Below, one piece after another: positions 37,037-45,912 of a DNA stretch of 64,000 nucleotides. The stretch comes from Deltaproteobacteria bacterium. GTDB taxonomy: Bacteria; JAGRBM01; JAHCIT01. Each line of letters starts with the position of its first letter. Within the stretch, counting starts at the first letter, position 1. The stretch is taken from contig JAHCIT010000008.1 of the NCBI GenBank assembly GCA_026129095.1, positions 133,021 to 197,020 of the forward strand, given 5' to 3'. Under the pieces are notes generated by a model. That model was not told the DNA's origin and did not search any database. It worked only from the letters and a program-made list of their open reading frames with translations. The translations under genes and the position numbers were made by a program.

Positions 37037-37480
37037 TCAGGCCGGCGCGGCGGCGGTCTTGCGGGCCTTCGCCCGCGCGAGCCGGGCGGCCTGCCTCGAT
37101 CGCACCGCCTCGCGCTTCTGCTCCAGTTCGGCCTTCACCGCCTTCCGGTAGGCCGGGTCGCGGAGCATCCGGATGATTCGGTCGTAGGGTCCGGGCCGGA
37201 CTGAAACCGGCGATGAGGGGGTAAGGTCTCCCGGGAATGGGGGCCGCGACAGTGGCGCCTGCTGTGACGAACTCTCCTGCGGCCGACAGCCGCCCAGGAT
37301 GCCCGCCCGGCGGACTCGTTCCCCGGCCGTCAGCGGCTCGCCAGGCTTGGCCTGCCGGCGCGCCCGTGGCCTGGCCGTGGGCGGACCCGGGGAGGCCTTC
37401 CGCCTGGCGGCCAGCCGTTCGCGGAGGCCGGGCCGCGAAGCGCGGCCTTTTGGTCCGTTCTTTCGAGTTAAGATTCCCAT
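37037..37480 (-). CDS. Basic Arg/Ala/Pro-rich phage hypothetical protein (last late gene)
   Basis: GGAGG 8 nt before ATG 37480; follows tail-fibre gene; very basic. Confidence 0.55.
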   Translation of the reverse strand: MGILTRKNGPKGRASRPGLRERLAARRKASPGPPTARPRARRQAKPGEPLTAGERVRRAGILGGCRPQESSSQQAPLSRPPFPGDLTPSSPVSVRPGPYDRIIRMLRDPAYRKAVKAELEQKREAVRSRQAARLARAKARKTAAAPA

Positions 37481-37502
37481 GCGCTTTTCCTCCGTCACTC
37501 GC

Positions 37503-39617
37503 TCAGGTGTCGAGCGTCACGGTTTCCCAGCCGCCCGCGCCGTCGCTGACCCTCAGCTTCCCGCTCGACAGGTCGAGCCGGATGTAGGCCGCCGGAGCCC
37601 CTTCTGGATCATCCATACTGTCTCCGAGCCGGTCCGGCGTCAGCGCCGAGACCGTCCCGCTGTAACCCGCGTGCACCGTGCTCGCGCGTGTCTCCTGGGT
37701 GAGGTGAACCACTGTGAGACCCTGGGAATCGTCATCGATCCCCACGACAGCATCATCGGCCAGAACCGACTGGCCGTCCAGCAGGACGAGCGGCGCCAAC
37801 CCGTCGTCGTGATGGAAGCTGCCCGGACCCAAAACGGTCCGCCCACGGCCGATCACCACGGTACCGGCGGTGGTGATCAGACCGCCGATGACACCCGCTC
37901 CGGCACCGTTGGATATGGCGACATCATCCAGGACGAGCCGTGAGCCGGTCTCAGGATTACCTCCAGCAGTACCGGTAATGAGGAGCTGCGCGTCCTCGCC
38001 GGAGAGACCTTCGACCTCAAATGGACCCCCGCTGAACCGGGGGGTACCGGCCAGTATCGCCCTGGCGGTCTCCACCGACTCCTCCTCGGTAATTTCCAGC
38101 GTGATGACGATGGGGCTGGCGTTGCCCCCCGTCGAGTAGCTGTTGCGCGCATTCACGAACTCAATGCCCTCGACCGGCCATATCTGGAGTTCGCCGAACG
38201 GCACGCCGCCGACAGGGACGGAGATATTACTCCGGCACCGGATACGGGCGCCCGGCGCGCCCTCTGCAATGGCGTCCATGAGGAACTCCATCATGGACTC
38301 CCAGTCGCTGAAGACCGTGGAGCCATCCGGAGTCGCGCCGGAATCGAACACCAGCTCTACGATCCCGGCCGACGCGCCGGACGTGGGCCCCAGCACCGGC
38401 CAGCCGTCAGAGTCCACTGACAGCACACGCTTCCACATGCCTTCGTGAAAGGCTGCACCTGAAACTGGTGCCATCGGAAGAAATGGGCCGGGTGTTCCGA
38501 GCAGAGGACCAACGAATGCAGCCAACTCCGCGCCCGACTGCGTTCGGTCAAGCATGACCAGCGCCGGGCCGTCAGGGAGCTGAACCGCGTAGGTCGAGAT
38601 GCGCGTGGAGCCGTCCTTGCCGTCGCGGCGGATAGCCGCCCGCCAGCGCCGGAGTCCGAGGGCGGTCTCGGCCGTCGGTGACCCAGCCGTGAACACCACC
38701 GCGACCTGCGGGTCCGAGTGGTCATACCAGCCGACGCTGAAGCCGTCGGTACCGGCGTCGCCATCGAGCGCCTGGATGTCTTCCAGGCGTGCCGCCTCGC
38801 GGGCCGTCGCGCCGGAATAGAGCGCGAACCTCAGGCTCGCCATCGCCACGCCGAGCTGTGTGCCGATGTCGTAGACCTCGCTCCAGCTCCCGCTGTCCTT
38901 GATATATGCCTTCCCGGCGGCGGCATCGACGGCGAGGTCCATGTCCTCGCCCGTGCCGTTGTCAGGAGGCCCATCCGTGTCGAGGATCGCTCCGCCGGCG
39001 GTGACGCCGAGAAGCTCCCAGCCGGTGCGGCCGTGCCGGTACCAGATCGCGTTCTGCCCGTCTCCGGCGGCGGTATCGCGGGCGAGGGAGCCCGGATTCC
39101 CGAGCTCAGGCGGCGGCGCACCCTCGTAGCTGCCCTCGAAAAACTCGATCTCGTAAGGGAGGATTTCGGCCGTCACCGTGTCCGGGAGCGGCTCGCCCTC
39201 TGAGGTGGCGTCGCCGAGGACGCCCTCGTCGAAGCCCATGAGCTGGCCGGTGTCCGCGCCGCCCTCGCCGACCGGCTCGCCGGCCGGGCCGCGAAGCTGG
39301 CCGCTGAAGGCCCACTCGCCGCCCGACTTGACGTAGAAATCGAGGCCGGGCGAGGCGGTGTCGACGTAGAACTGTCCATCGGAGCCGGTCTCGTTTCCGG
39401 GAGCGCCGCTCCCGGTGAGCCACTGGAGCGCGCTCTCGCCGGCCGGGACGGTCCAGACTCCGCCCTTCCAGATGCGGATGACCGGCGCGCCGTCGCCGGG
39501 GCCAGTGAGCACGACGCGGATGTCGCCCTCGCGGTTGCCGGCATCCGGCAGGTCCGGGACCGTCGCGACGGGATCCCGCCAGTTTCGTAGGGCCCCGGGT
39601 AGTCTCGTAATCTGCAT
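37503..39617 (-). CDS. Tail fibre/receptor-binding-like protein (704 aa)
   Basis: Position at end of tail module; repeated G-x-P-x4-G-x2-(G/M)...D-(T/A)...K...W modules; Gly/Asp-rich beta-type C-terminus. Confidence 0.65.
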   Translation of the reverse strand: MQITRLPGALRNWRDPVATVPDLPDAGNREGDIRVVLTGPGDGAPVIRIWKGGVWTVPAGESALQWLTGSGAPGNETGSDGQFYVDTASPGLDFYVKSGGEWAFSGQLRGPAGEPVGEGGADTGQLMGFDEGVLGDATSEGEPLPDTVTAEILPYEIEFFEGSYEGAPPPELGNPGSLARDTAAGDGQNAIWYRHGRTGWELLGVTAGGAILDTDGPPDNGTGEDMDLAVDAAAGKAYIKDSGSWSEVYDIGTQLGVAMASLRFALYSGATAREAARLEDIQALDGDAGTDGFSVGWYDHSDPQVAVVFTAGSPTAETALGLRRWRAAIRRDGKDGSTRISTYAVQLPDGPALVMLDRTQSGAELAAFVGPLLGTPGPFLPMAPVSGAAFHEGMWKRVLSVDSDGWPVLGPTSGASAGIVELVFDSGATPDGSTVFSDWESMMEFLMDAIAEGAPGARIRCRSNISVPVGGVPFGELQIWPVEGIEFVNARNSYSTGGNASPIVITLEITEEESVETARAILAGTPRFSGGPFEVEGLSGEDAQLLITGTAGGNPETGSRLVLDDVAISNGAGAGVIGGLITTAGTVVIGRGRTVLGPGSFHHDDGLAPLVLLDGQSVLADDAVVGIDDDSQGLTVVHLTQETRASTVHAGYSGTVSALTPDRLGDSMDDPEGAPAAYIRLDLSSGKLRVSDGAGGWETVTLDT

Positions 39618-39630
39618 CTCGTCTCTCCGT

Positions 39631-40041
39631 TCAGGCGACCCGGATCCCGTACAGGAACCGGCCGTAGACCGTGTGTCCCGAGCCGAGCGAGCCCGTCTCG
39701 CGCAGCCTGAGGCGCTGGGGCACCGAGTCGATCTGGAGTGTGCGGCGGCCGGCGCCCATCGTGATCTCGCCCTCCTGGTCCTCCATCGGCTCCCAGACCG
39801 ATGTGGAGGTGTCCTGGTTCAGGGCCCCCTCGCTGGCGAAGAGCTGCTCGGCCGGGTCCGACGGCAGCGGCTGGCCAGGGTCGGTGTCGCACCCTTCGAC
39901 CGCGATGACCGCGCCGCTGAAATCATCGAGGCCAGCACCCTCGCCGTAGATCTGGATCCGGACATCCTCGGCCTGCGGCTGCCGGAGCACCGCCAGCTGG
40001 CCGGCCTGGAGGGCGAACCGCTGCTCCTTCCACTGGATCAC
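39631..40041 (-). CDS. Phage hypothetical protein (beta-rich, possibly virion-associated)
   Basis: GGAGG then GTG 40041 overlapping upstream TGA (GTGA); VIQWKEQRFALQAGQ... Confidence 0.65.
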   Translation of the reverse strand: MIQWKEQRFALQAGQLAVLRQPQAEDVRIQIYGEGAGLDDFSGAVIAVEGCDTDPGQPLPSDPAEQLFASEGALNQDTSTSVWEPMEDQEGEITMGAGRRTLQIDSVPQRLRLRETGSLGSGHTVYGRFLYGIRVA

Positions 40042-40349
40042 CTGCCACCTCCGTTTCGCCCGCCGCGTTCGGTGAGCACGGCGAGCTGGGTGGCGAGCGC
40101 CACCAGCGCATGGCGCGTTTCCTTCAGCTCCGCCACGGCATCTCCCATCGCCTGCTCGACGGGCCGCACGCGCAGCTCGATGTAGGCCATCGTCGCCGCC
40201 CAGTTCACCGCGAACGACCCCACGAGCACCGCCACGAGATGCTTCCACCGGACGAAGATTTCCGGAGCGTCGATCGGCGCACGGCGGCCTCCGTCGCGGG
40301 TAGGCGACTGCAGCGAGCCCCCGGCGTCGAGTTCCTGCGGATAGAACAT
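40038..40349 (-). CDS. Small single-TM phage membrane protein with C-terminal coiled coil
   Basis: TGATG coupling to upstream gene; TM HLVAVLVGSFAVNWAATMAYI followed by amphipathic helix. Confidence 0.62.
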   Translation of the reverse strand: MFYPQELDAGGSLQSPTRDGGRRAPIDAPEIFVRWKHLVAVLVGSFAVNWAATMAYIELRVRPVEQAMGDAVAELKETRHALVALATQLAVLTERGGRNGGGR

Positions 40350-41362
40350 CAGTAGATCCTCATGGCGTACTGGAAGCCCCGGTAGGCTGGAACATGGTTC
40401 GCCGTGGACACAGAGTGCGTGTGCGCCGTCAGGTGGTTGTTGATGGCGCCGCCGCCGACCACCGAGGTGTTGTTTTCGATGACTTCGTTTCCTGGCGAGG
40501 CGGTGGTCGGGTTCGTGCCGGTCGTGTGGCTGTGCGTATCGGAGCCGCCGGACGGCGTCGAGGCGACTTCGGCCGACGCCGCCGCGCCCCGGACGAACCG
40601 GTTCGTCAGGTCCGGGACCGCAAGCCCGTGGAAGGGCGAGCGAGGCTGGCTTACGGTGCCGCCCGTGAGGGCGATCCAGTTCGAGGGCAGCGCGTCGGCG
40701 GACCCCTTCCGGATCCAGGGCACGGGCATGCCGACCGGCAGGGCCAGGTCGGAATCCGCGAGCGGTTTCGCCGGGAACGTCACGGTGACGGTTCCGATGC
40801 CGTTCGTCGCCCAGTTGCACAGGAAAAACCTCGTCGGGTCTGCCACCGACCGGACGCCGTTCGTCCATGCGAATTCGGCGACTCCGTCGGCACCGGCCGT
40901 GACGAGCTCGAACACTGGCCGGTTCGTTTCAGGGTCGAAGCCGCTGAAGTGCAGATACAGCCCGCCGGAGTTCGACTCCGGAAGGTCGCTCTTGTCGCGG
41001 TCGGCGGACGGTTCGTACCAGTAGCCGTTCACGAGGATCCGGCAGGAGGAGGGCAGCCGGACGGTGTTCGGCGCCGGTGAAGTGACATCCGACCCGGCGA
41101 ACATCCGGTTTCCGAAGAGGCGGTAGAGTTCGGCGGCCTTGCGGGCATGGGCCCTCACCGAGGAATCGCGCACGTCGGCACCGATCAGGTCCGACAGCTG
41201 CTGGGCGACCGCCGTGACGCGGCGGTTCAGGCCCCGCCCGGTCTTGTTGGACGGCGCGGTCTCGTCACCGCCCTGTACGAGATCAGAGGTCTCGATCTTC
41301 GGGACGTCCGCCTCGAAGGCTGCATAGCGGTCTGCCGGTGCTGGATCTGCGAATACGCCCAT
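40349..41362 (-). CDS. Tail fibre protein with tail-collar-like domain
   Basis: N-terminal KIETSDLVQGG...SN...LNRR; LPVGMPVPW...LPSNWI...VPDLTNRFVRGA; HSH motifs; C-terminal PAYRGFQYAMRI. Confidence 0.8.
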   Translation of the reverse strand: MGVFADPAPADRYAAFEADVPKIETSDLVQGGDETAPSNKTGRGLNRRVTAVAQQLSDLIGADVRDSSVRAHARKAAELYRLFGNRMFAGSDVTSPAPNTVRLPSSCRILVNGYWYEPSADRDKSDLPESNSGGLYLHFSGFDPETNRPVFELVTAGADGVAEFAWTNGVRSVADPTRFFLCNWATNGIGTVTVTFPAKPLADSDLALPVGMPVPWIRKGSADALPSNWIALTGGTVSQPRSPFHGLAVPDLTNRFVRGAAASAEVASTPSGGSDTHSHTTGTNPTTASPGNEVIENNTSVVGGGAINNHLTAHTHSVSTANHVPAYRGFQYAMRIY

Positions 41363-41389
41363 GACGGTCCGGAGTGGCCTCCGCTCCTG

Positions 41390-41422
41390 ACCTTACGCGG
41401 GGGCGGTTCCGGTTTGCGGGAC
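41390..41422 (-). promoter_or_regulatory. Candidate phage late promoter, copy 3 (19-bp motif plus -10 TAAGGT) upstream of tail fibre genes
   Basis: Minus strand GTCCCGCAAACCGGAACCG-N8-TAAGGT; intergenic. Confidence 0.72.
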
Positions 41423-41430
41423 CGTCGCGG

Positions 41431-42144
41431 TCATTCCCACAGGTCCGATGGCAGCCCCCAGACGCCGCCGTATTCCGCCGCCCCGCCGTGGAGCAGCTGG
41501 CCGCCGTTGTAGTCCGCGCCGTCGTAGCGGTAGGGGTGCCCGGTCTCGGAAGCGAACACGGTCGCGTAGTAGGTGTGATCGCCGTCCGGATCGTAAAGAT
41601 AGAACAGGAACCGGTAGGGCCTTGACCTTGCCGGTTTCACGAGGCGGACCTGGTTCAGGAGGCGCCGCCAGGCGTGAACGTCCGGGATCTGGTCTTCCGA
41701 ATTCAGATAGATCACCACGTCGAACAGTGCCCAGGCGAGCCAGCCGAAATCGATCATTCCGTCGTGGACCCACGTTCCGTCGTAATAGGTCTCCGACCGG
41801 TCCTCGAGGATCTCCACGCGGGGGAACCCGAGCAGCACGAGCGCGGCCACCATGCCGGGGTCGGTGCCCGCCGACCGCCAGGTGGCGTGCGCCGCGATGA
41901 CCCGGGCCCGGTAATGGTCCTCCGTTTCGCCGGTCGCGGGATCGATCGCCCGGGCGCGGCCGTGGCGCCGGAGTGCCTCGCCTTCCGAGAACCGGGGGAA
42001 CCGGAGCGTCCGGGCCAGCTCCAGCTCGTCCTGCCGCTTCTGGAGCGTTTCGGTGAGCGTCTCCCACAGGCCGTGGATTTTCTTCCCGGCGTCCCACAGC
42101 CACGGCACGTTCAGCCAGTCGCGGAAATACTCGATGACGGTCAC
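41431..42144 (-). CDS. Baseplate wedge protein (P2 gpI / Mu gp48-like)
   Basis: GTGA overlap with baseplate J gene; GETEDHYRARV...AGT..GM, VKPARS. Confidence 0.75.
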   Translation of the reverse strand: MTVIEYFRDWLNVPWLWDAGKKIHGLWETLTETLQKRQDELELARTLRFPRFSEGEALRRHGRARAIDPATGETEDHYRARVIAAHATWRSAGTDPGMVAALVLLGFPRVEILEDRSETYYDGTWVHDGMIDFGWLAWALFDVVIYLNSEDQIPDVHAWRRLLNQVRLVKPARSRPYRFLFYLYDPDGDHTYYATVFASETGHPYRYDGADYNGGQLLHGGAAEYGGVWGLPSDLWE

Positions 42145-43283
42145 GGCTGCGAAGCCTCCGTGACCGTGAGGGTCCACTCTCCGCGTACGGCCAGTTCGCC
42201 GGGCGCAAGCGTGACGTTCGCGGACGGCGCGGCGAACACCACATCTTTCAGCGGGAACCGCCGGAGCAGCTCCATCGCCAGACGGGCGCGGACGAAATCC
42301 TCCCCGACCTCCTGCGGCCGGAGCAGGGGTTCCAGCGAGCCGTTCAGCTCGAAGAAGGCGTCCAGGACCGTTTCCGCCTCGGCGGCGAGACCGGCATAGG
42401 CGCGGCCCGGCAACGCCACCAGCTGGGCCTCGCCGTCCACCGGCACGGCGGCCGGGCCCAGAACCAGCAGATCGTCGTTCACCGGCCGGATCGCCTGGAG
42501 CGCCTCCGTGACGGCTTCGATCAGCCCCTCGGTCGGAATGCCGGCCGAACTCACCACGTACACGTCGACCGTTCCGTGCCCCCTCGGGTGCTGCGCGTCA
42601 ACGAAGGCGGAGACGACTCCGGGCACGGCCAGCGCCGCCTGCCGGTAGGCTTCGGCGGTGGTGCCCGACGCCAGCGACTGCCAGACGCCGAGAATCCGGG
42701 TGCGGTAGGGCTCGTGGTCCTCTTCGTCGGCGCCCTCGGCGGTGAGCCAGTTCTCGCCGTTCGTGACGCTATCGACGCCCGGAACCGGGGTGACAATCTC
42801 CGTGATCCGTCCGGTTCCGGCGTTGTATCCGGAGCCTGTCCCGAGGGCGCGGACCGGCGCGTCCGCCGACGTCTCGCCGTCAGGGATCACGGCCTCGGCT
42901 GCCGTCTCATAAAGGTATCTTCGTCCCTGCGAATCGGTCTTTGTGCCGACCTGGGTGCCTGACGGAATCGCCGTGTTGCCGTCGGTCCCCTCGCGGACGA
43001 ACGTGACGACGCCTTCGGCTACCAGCGCGCCTTTGCGCGGGCGGTTCACGTCCTGCCCGTGCAGGTCCAGCCAGCCGCCCTGCGCCGTGGCGGCGAACAC
43101 CATCTGGATCACCGCCCAGCAGAACCGGTGCAGCCAGAACGCCCCCTCGATCAGCGTTTCCAGCCACCAGCGCGTCAGGCCCGGCGAGTTCAGGTTCGTG
43201 TCTTCGGGCAGCTTCTGCCGGGCGATCGTCATCACCTCGTCGCGGATTTCGTCGCGGGTCATCAGCTTCGGAATGTCAGCCAT
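42141..43283 (-). CDS. Baseplate J/gp47-like protein
   Basis: ATAQGGWLDLHG...RPRK, IPSGT, GADEEDHEPYRTR, AYRQAAL.VPGV, RGHGTVDVYV. Confidence 0.92.
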   Translation of the reverse strand: MADIPKLMTRDEIRDEVMTIARQKLPEDTNLNSPGLTRWWLETLIEGAFWLHRFCWAVIQMVFAATAQGGWLDLHGQDVNRPRKGALVAEGVVTFVREGTDGNTAIPSGTQVGTKTDSQGRRYLYETAAEAVIPDGETSADAPVRALGTGSGYNAGTGRITEIVTPVPGVDSVTNGENWLTAEGADEEDHEPYRTRILGVWQSLASGTTAEAYRQAALAVPGVVSAFVDAQHPRGHGTVDVYVVSSAGIPTEGLIEAVTEALQAIRPVNDDLLVLGPAAVPVDGEAQLVALPGRAYAGLAAEAETVLDAFFELNGSLEPLLRPQEVGEDFVRARLAMELLRRFPLKDVVFAAPSANVTLAPGELAVRGEWTLTVTEASQP

Positions 43284-43746
43284 CGGCAATCCCCTCGTCA
43301 CGTCCGAAGCCCGCCTCGCGGCGGGTCCGATCTATGGTGACCTGGAACCGGTCCGGGTCGGCCACGATGAGGAGGCTCGACCGACGGAGTTCGTCCTCGT
43401 CGTACCAGCCGAACGAGACGCGGCACCGGAACGAGGGGCCGTCCTTCACGACCTCGGCCCCTGTGTAGGCCGGATCGATGCGCGGGTCCGCGTTCACCTG
43501 GTCCTCGAGGTCCAGCCGGAGTTCCTCCTCCATGCCGGGCTGGTATTCGGCGCCGTAGTACCGGCTCCACTGGATCCCGGCGGAGCGGTCGAAGAAGATG
43601 GAGCCCAGCTCTGCCCGGAGGCGGATCGCGAGGTCCTGCACGAGCACCTCGGACCCGGAGCCCTCGACGAACGTTCCGCCCGCGTCGGTTTCCAGGTCGG
43701 TCATCGGATCGTCCAGAAGCAGGTCTTTCCCGCCGGCGGTGCCCAT
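43276..43746 (-). CDS. Baseplate sheath-initiator protein (gp46/gp25-like)
   Basis: Position between spike and J genes; QDLAIRL..ELGSIFF...G, ADPRI. Confidence 0.7.
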   Translation of the reverse strand: MGTAGGKDLLLDDPMTDLETDAGGTFVEGSGSEVLVQDLAIRLRAELGSIFFDRSAGIQWSRYYGAEYQPGMEEELRLDLEDQVNADPRIDPAYTGAEVVKDGPSFRCRVSFGWYDEDELRRSSLLIVADPDRFQVTIDRTRREAGFGRDEGIADG

Positions 43747-43748
43747 GA

Positions 43749-44516
43749 CTATTCCGCCCTCGTCTTCACGGCCGTGGCGATCACCGACGGCGGCTGGCCC
43801 AACACCGTGACCGCACCGCCCATGGAATCCCGGAGCCCGCTGACGTCCACGAGGTCGCCGTGCCGGGCGACGGGCCTTCCGGCCGGGCCGCCCAGATCCA
43901 CCAGCCCGTTGATGGCCGTCTGCGGGCTGGTGACCGTCAGCAGCGTGGCGAGAATCTCGGTGATTCCGCCCGGCTTGAGGTCGATCGCATGTCCCGGGGC
44001 GAGTTCCATCCCCGCGGGGCCCCCCACGGGAGCCACCAGCTGCACGCGCCCCATGAGCTGGATCAGCGGAGCCATGATCTCCGCAATCCCCTGCCGCAGG
44101 ACGACGCGGGCCGCACCGTTCACGAAGACGATCTCCCCGGCGGCAGCGCCGGGCTGCGCGAGCCGCTTCATGCGGGAATGGGTCGTCCGGCCGTCCAGAT
44201 ACGGACGGTTCGGATCGCCATAGAGGAAGGCCACGCGCACGGCGGTGCCCACCGCCGGCAGCGCGAAGATTCCCGCGCCGTCGCGGCCCACGAGCGGGTC
44301 CAGCTCGAGTCCCGTGATCACCTGATCCGTGAGCCGTCCCCTGCGGTCCATGAGCTGCACATCCACCCCGTAGGCGGACGGACCCTGGTGGAGCTTCGTG
44401 ACGACGCCCTCGACCGGGAACCGCATGTAGTGGGAGAGGTCCGGCATGGCCTTCTCGACGAGACGGCGGACCGTCTCCAGCAGCTTTCCGGCCGCGATGA
44501 GCGGACCGGTGCTCAC
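43749..44516 (-). CDS. Baseplate spike/assembly protein V (gp45-like)
   Basis: OB-fold-like GIFALPAVGTAVRVAFLYGDPNRPY; C-terminal GRPVARHGDLV; GTGA overlap. Confidence 0.82.
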   Translation of the reverse strand: MSTGPLIAAGKLLETVRRLVEKAMPDLSHYMRFPVEGVVTKLHQGPSAYGVDVQLMDRRGRLTDQVITGLELDPLVGRDGAGIFALPAVGTAVRVAFLYGDPNRPYLDGRTTHSRMKRLAQPGAAAGEIVFVNGAARVVLRQGIAEIMAPLIQLMGRVQLVAPVGGPAGMELAPGHAIDLKPGGITEILATLLTVTSPQTAINGLVDLGGPAGRPVARHGDLVDVSGLRDSMGGAVTVLGQPPSVIATAVKTRAE

Positions 44517-45307
44517 TGCATGAACCTCATGGCGAGGTCGGTTCTCGCCCGGCGGGCGTCCCAGGTGTCGATCGCCATCAGGACACGGCCGTCCGCGGAG
44601 ACGCCGGATACCGGATCCTCCACCCGCACCCGCTGGCCGATCTCGATGCCGAAGGCAGCCGGGCACTCGGCCTCGAAGATTCCTTCGCCCGTGTGACGGC
44701 GGGCGATGATGTTGGTCCCGTAGGCGATCCGGACCTGCGGCGCGGACGGCGCCAGCATCGGGTCGCCGATGTGCAGTATGCCGCCGGTATCGAACCATCG
44801 GGTGACCTGCCAGTCGGCGCGCGGCGCCGAGAAGGCCGCCGCATGGAGGAGGGAGTCGAGGGCGGCATCGCGGGTGTGGTCGCCGAACGCGATCGACCAG
44901 CCTGCGGCGGGACCGGGCAGGTGGTGGACCTTGGCATCCTGCCAGATCCCGGAGAGCGTCTGCCGGATGTCCCCCGAACTCCTGGCATGGGCGAACCCGT
45001 CGCGCCAGAAGACCGGCGAGCCCGGCTTCAGGATGACATGGGCGGTCTCGTCCAGATCATGGGAGTCCACGAACCCGCCGAAAAGCGCCCGTGCCGGTTC
45101 GCCCGGACGGAACCAGTCGAGCCTGGCGGGGGCGCGGTCCCGCAGCAGCGGGGCGACACGACCGTCCGAGTTCTCGACCTCGAGCGCGGCATACTCTCCG
45201 CCCAGCGACGACCGGATGACGGTGAGCCGCACGAGCCGGCGCGTGAGGTCGGACCCGCCGATCCTGAAACTGACCGCTGGCCGGCCCGCTTCGACCGACG
45301 GTTCCAT
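44513..45307 (-). CDS. Baseplate hub protein (gpD/gp44-like)
   Basis: Position before spike gene; LFGGFVD, WFDTGGILHIG patterns. Confidence 0.62.
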   Translation of the reverse strand: MEPSVEAGRPAVSFRIGGSDLTRRLVRLTVIRSSLGGEYAALEVENSDGRVAPLLRDRAPARLDWFRPGEPARALFGGFVDSHDLDETAHVILKPGSPVFWRDGFAHARSSGDIRQTLSGIWQDAKVHHLPGPAAGWSIAFGDHTRDAALDSLLHAAAFSAPRADWQVTRWFDTGGILHIGDPMLAPSAPQVRIAYGTNIIARRHTGEGIFEAECPAAFGIEIGQRVRVEDPVSGVSADGRVLMAIDTWDARRARTDLAMRFMQ

Positions 45308-45912
45308 CAGTTGGTCCCCCCCGAGAGCGGCGGAATCTGCGCCGGGTCGCGCGTGTCCGGCCTGGGCGGCATGCCGGCGGCATCGGGCGGCTGGCCGGAC
45401 GTGGAAATCTTCGAGCCCATGAACTCCAGCGCCGGCGGCAGGGCGGCGCGGCGGCCCTCCATGATCGCGGCGGCGCGGGCGAGCTGGGCCTTCATCGGGC
45501 GGAACTGCTCGAACTCCAGCACGGCGCGGATCGAGTCCTCGGCAGCGCCGTCCTCGGACCGGAGCTTCGAGAACAGCACCTCGCCGAGGCGGCGGGCCTT
45601 GGCGTGCGGGGCATAAAGGCGGAACACCTTCGGGGTGCCGTCGCCGGTCTTTCCGGAAAAGAGCCGGTCGAGACCGGCCAGCTGCTCCTCCGGCGTCTCG
45701 CCGCCAGAGTCCGATTCGTCGAGCAGGAGGAGTTCGAGCGTCGCCCGCGCATCGCCGATGGAGACCGGTTTCCGGATCGAGCCCTCGATGCCGGGGACCT
45801 GGAACTCGTCGATGACGATGTCCCGGTCCACCGAGAAGTACTGGTACCGGCCCGGCACCGGGACCCCGTCCAGGGTCACGCCGCCGTTCGCCACCGCCAC
45901 GCGCCCGCTCAT
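45307..45912 (-). CDS. Tail tube initiator-like protein (gpU/gp43-like)
   Basis: Immediately after tape measure; start/stop overlaps on both sides. Confidence 0.55.
   Translation of the reverse strand: MSGRVAVANGGVTLDGVPVPGRYQYFSVDRDIVIDEFQVPGIEGSIRKPVSIGDARATLELLLLDESDSGGETPEEQLAGLDRLFSGKTGDGTPKVFRLYAPHAKARRLGEVLFSKLRSEDGAAEDSIRAVLEFEQFRPMKAQLARAAAIMEGRRAALPPALEFMGSKISTSGQPPDAAGMPPRPDTRDPAQIPPLSGGTN

Noticed and set aside
37503-41362. Invertible tail-fibre segment or diversity-generating retroelement
   Set aside because: No invertase or reverse transcriptase, no inverted fibre copy and no template/variable repeat pair seen.
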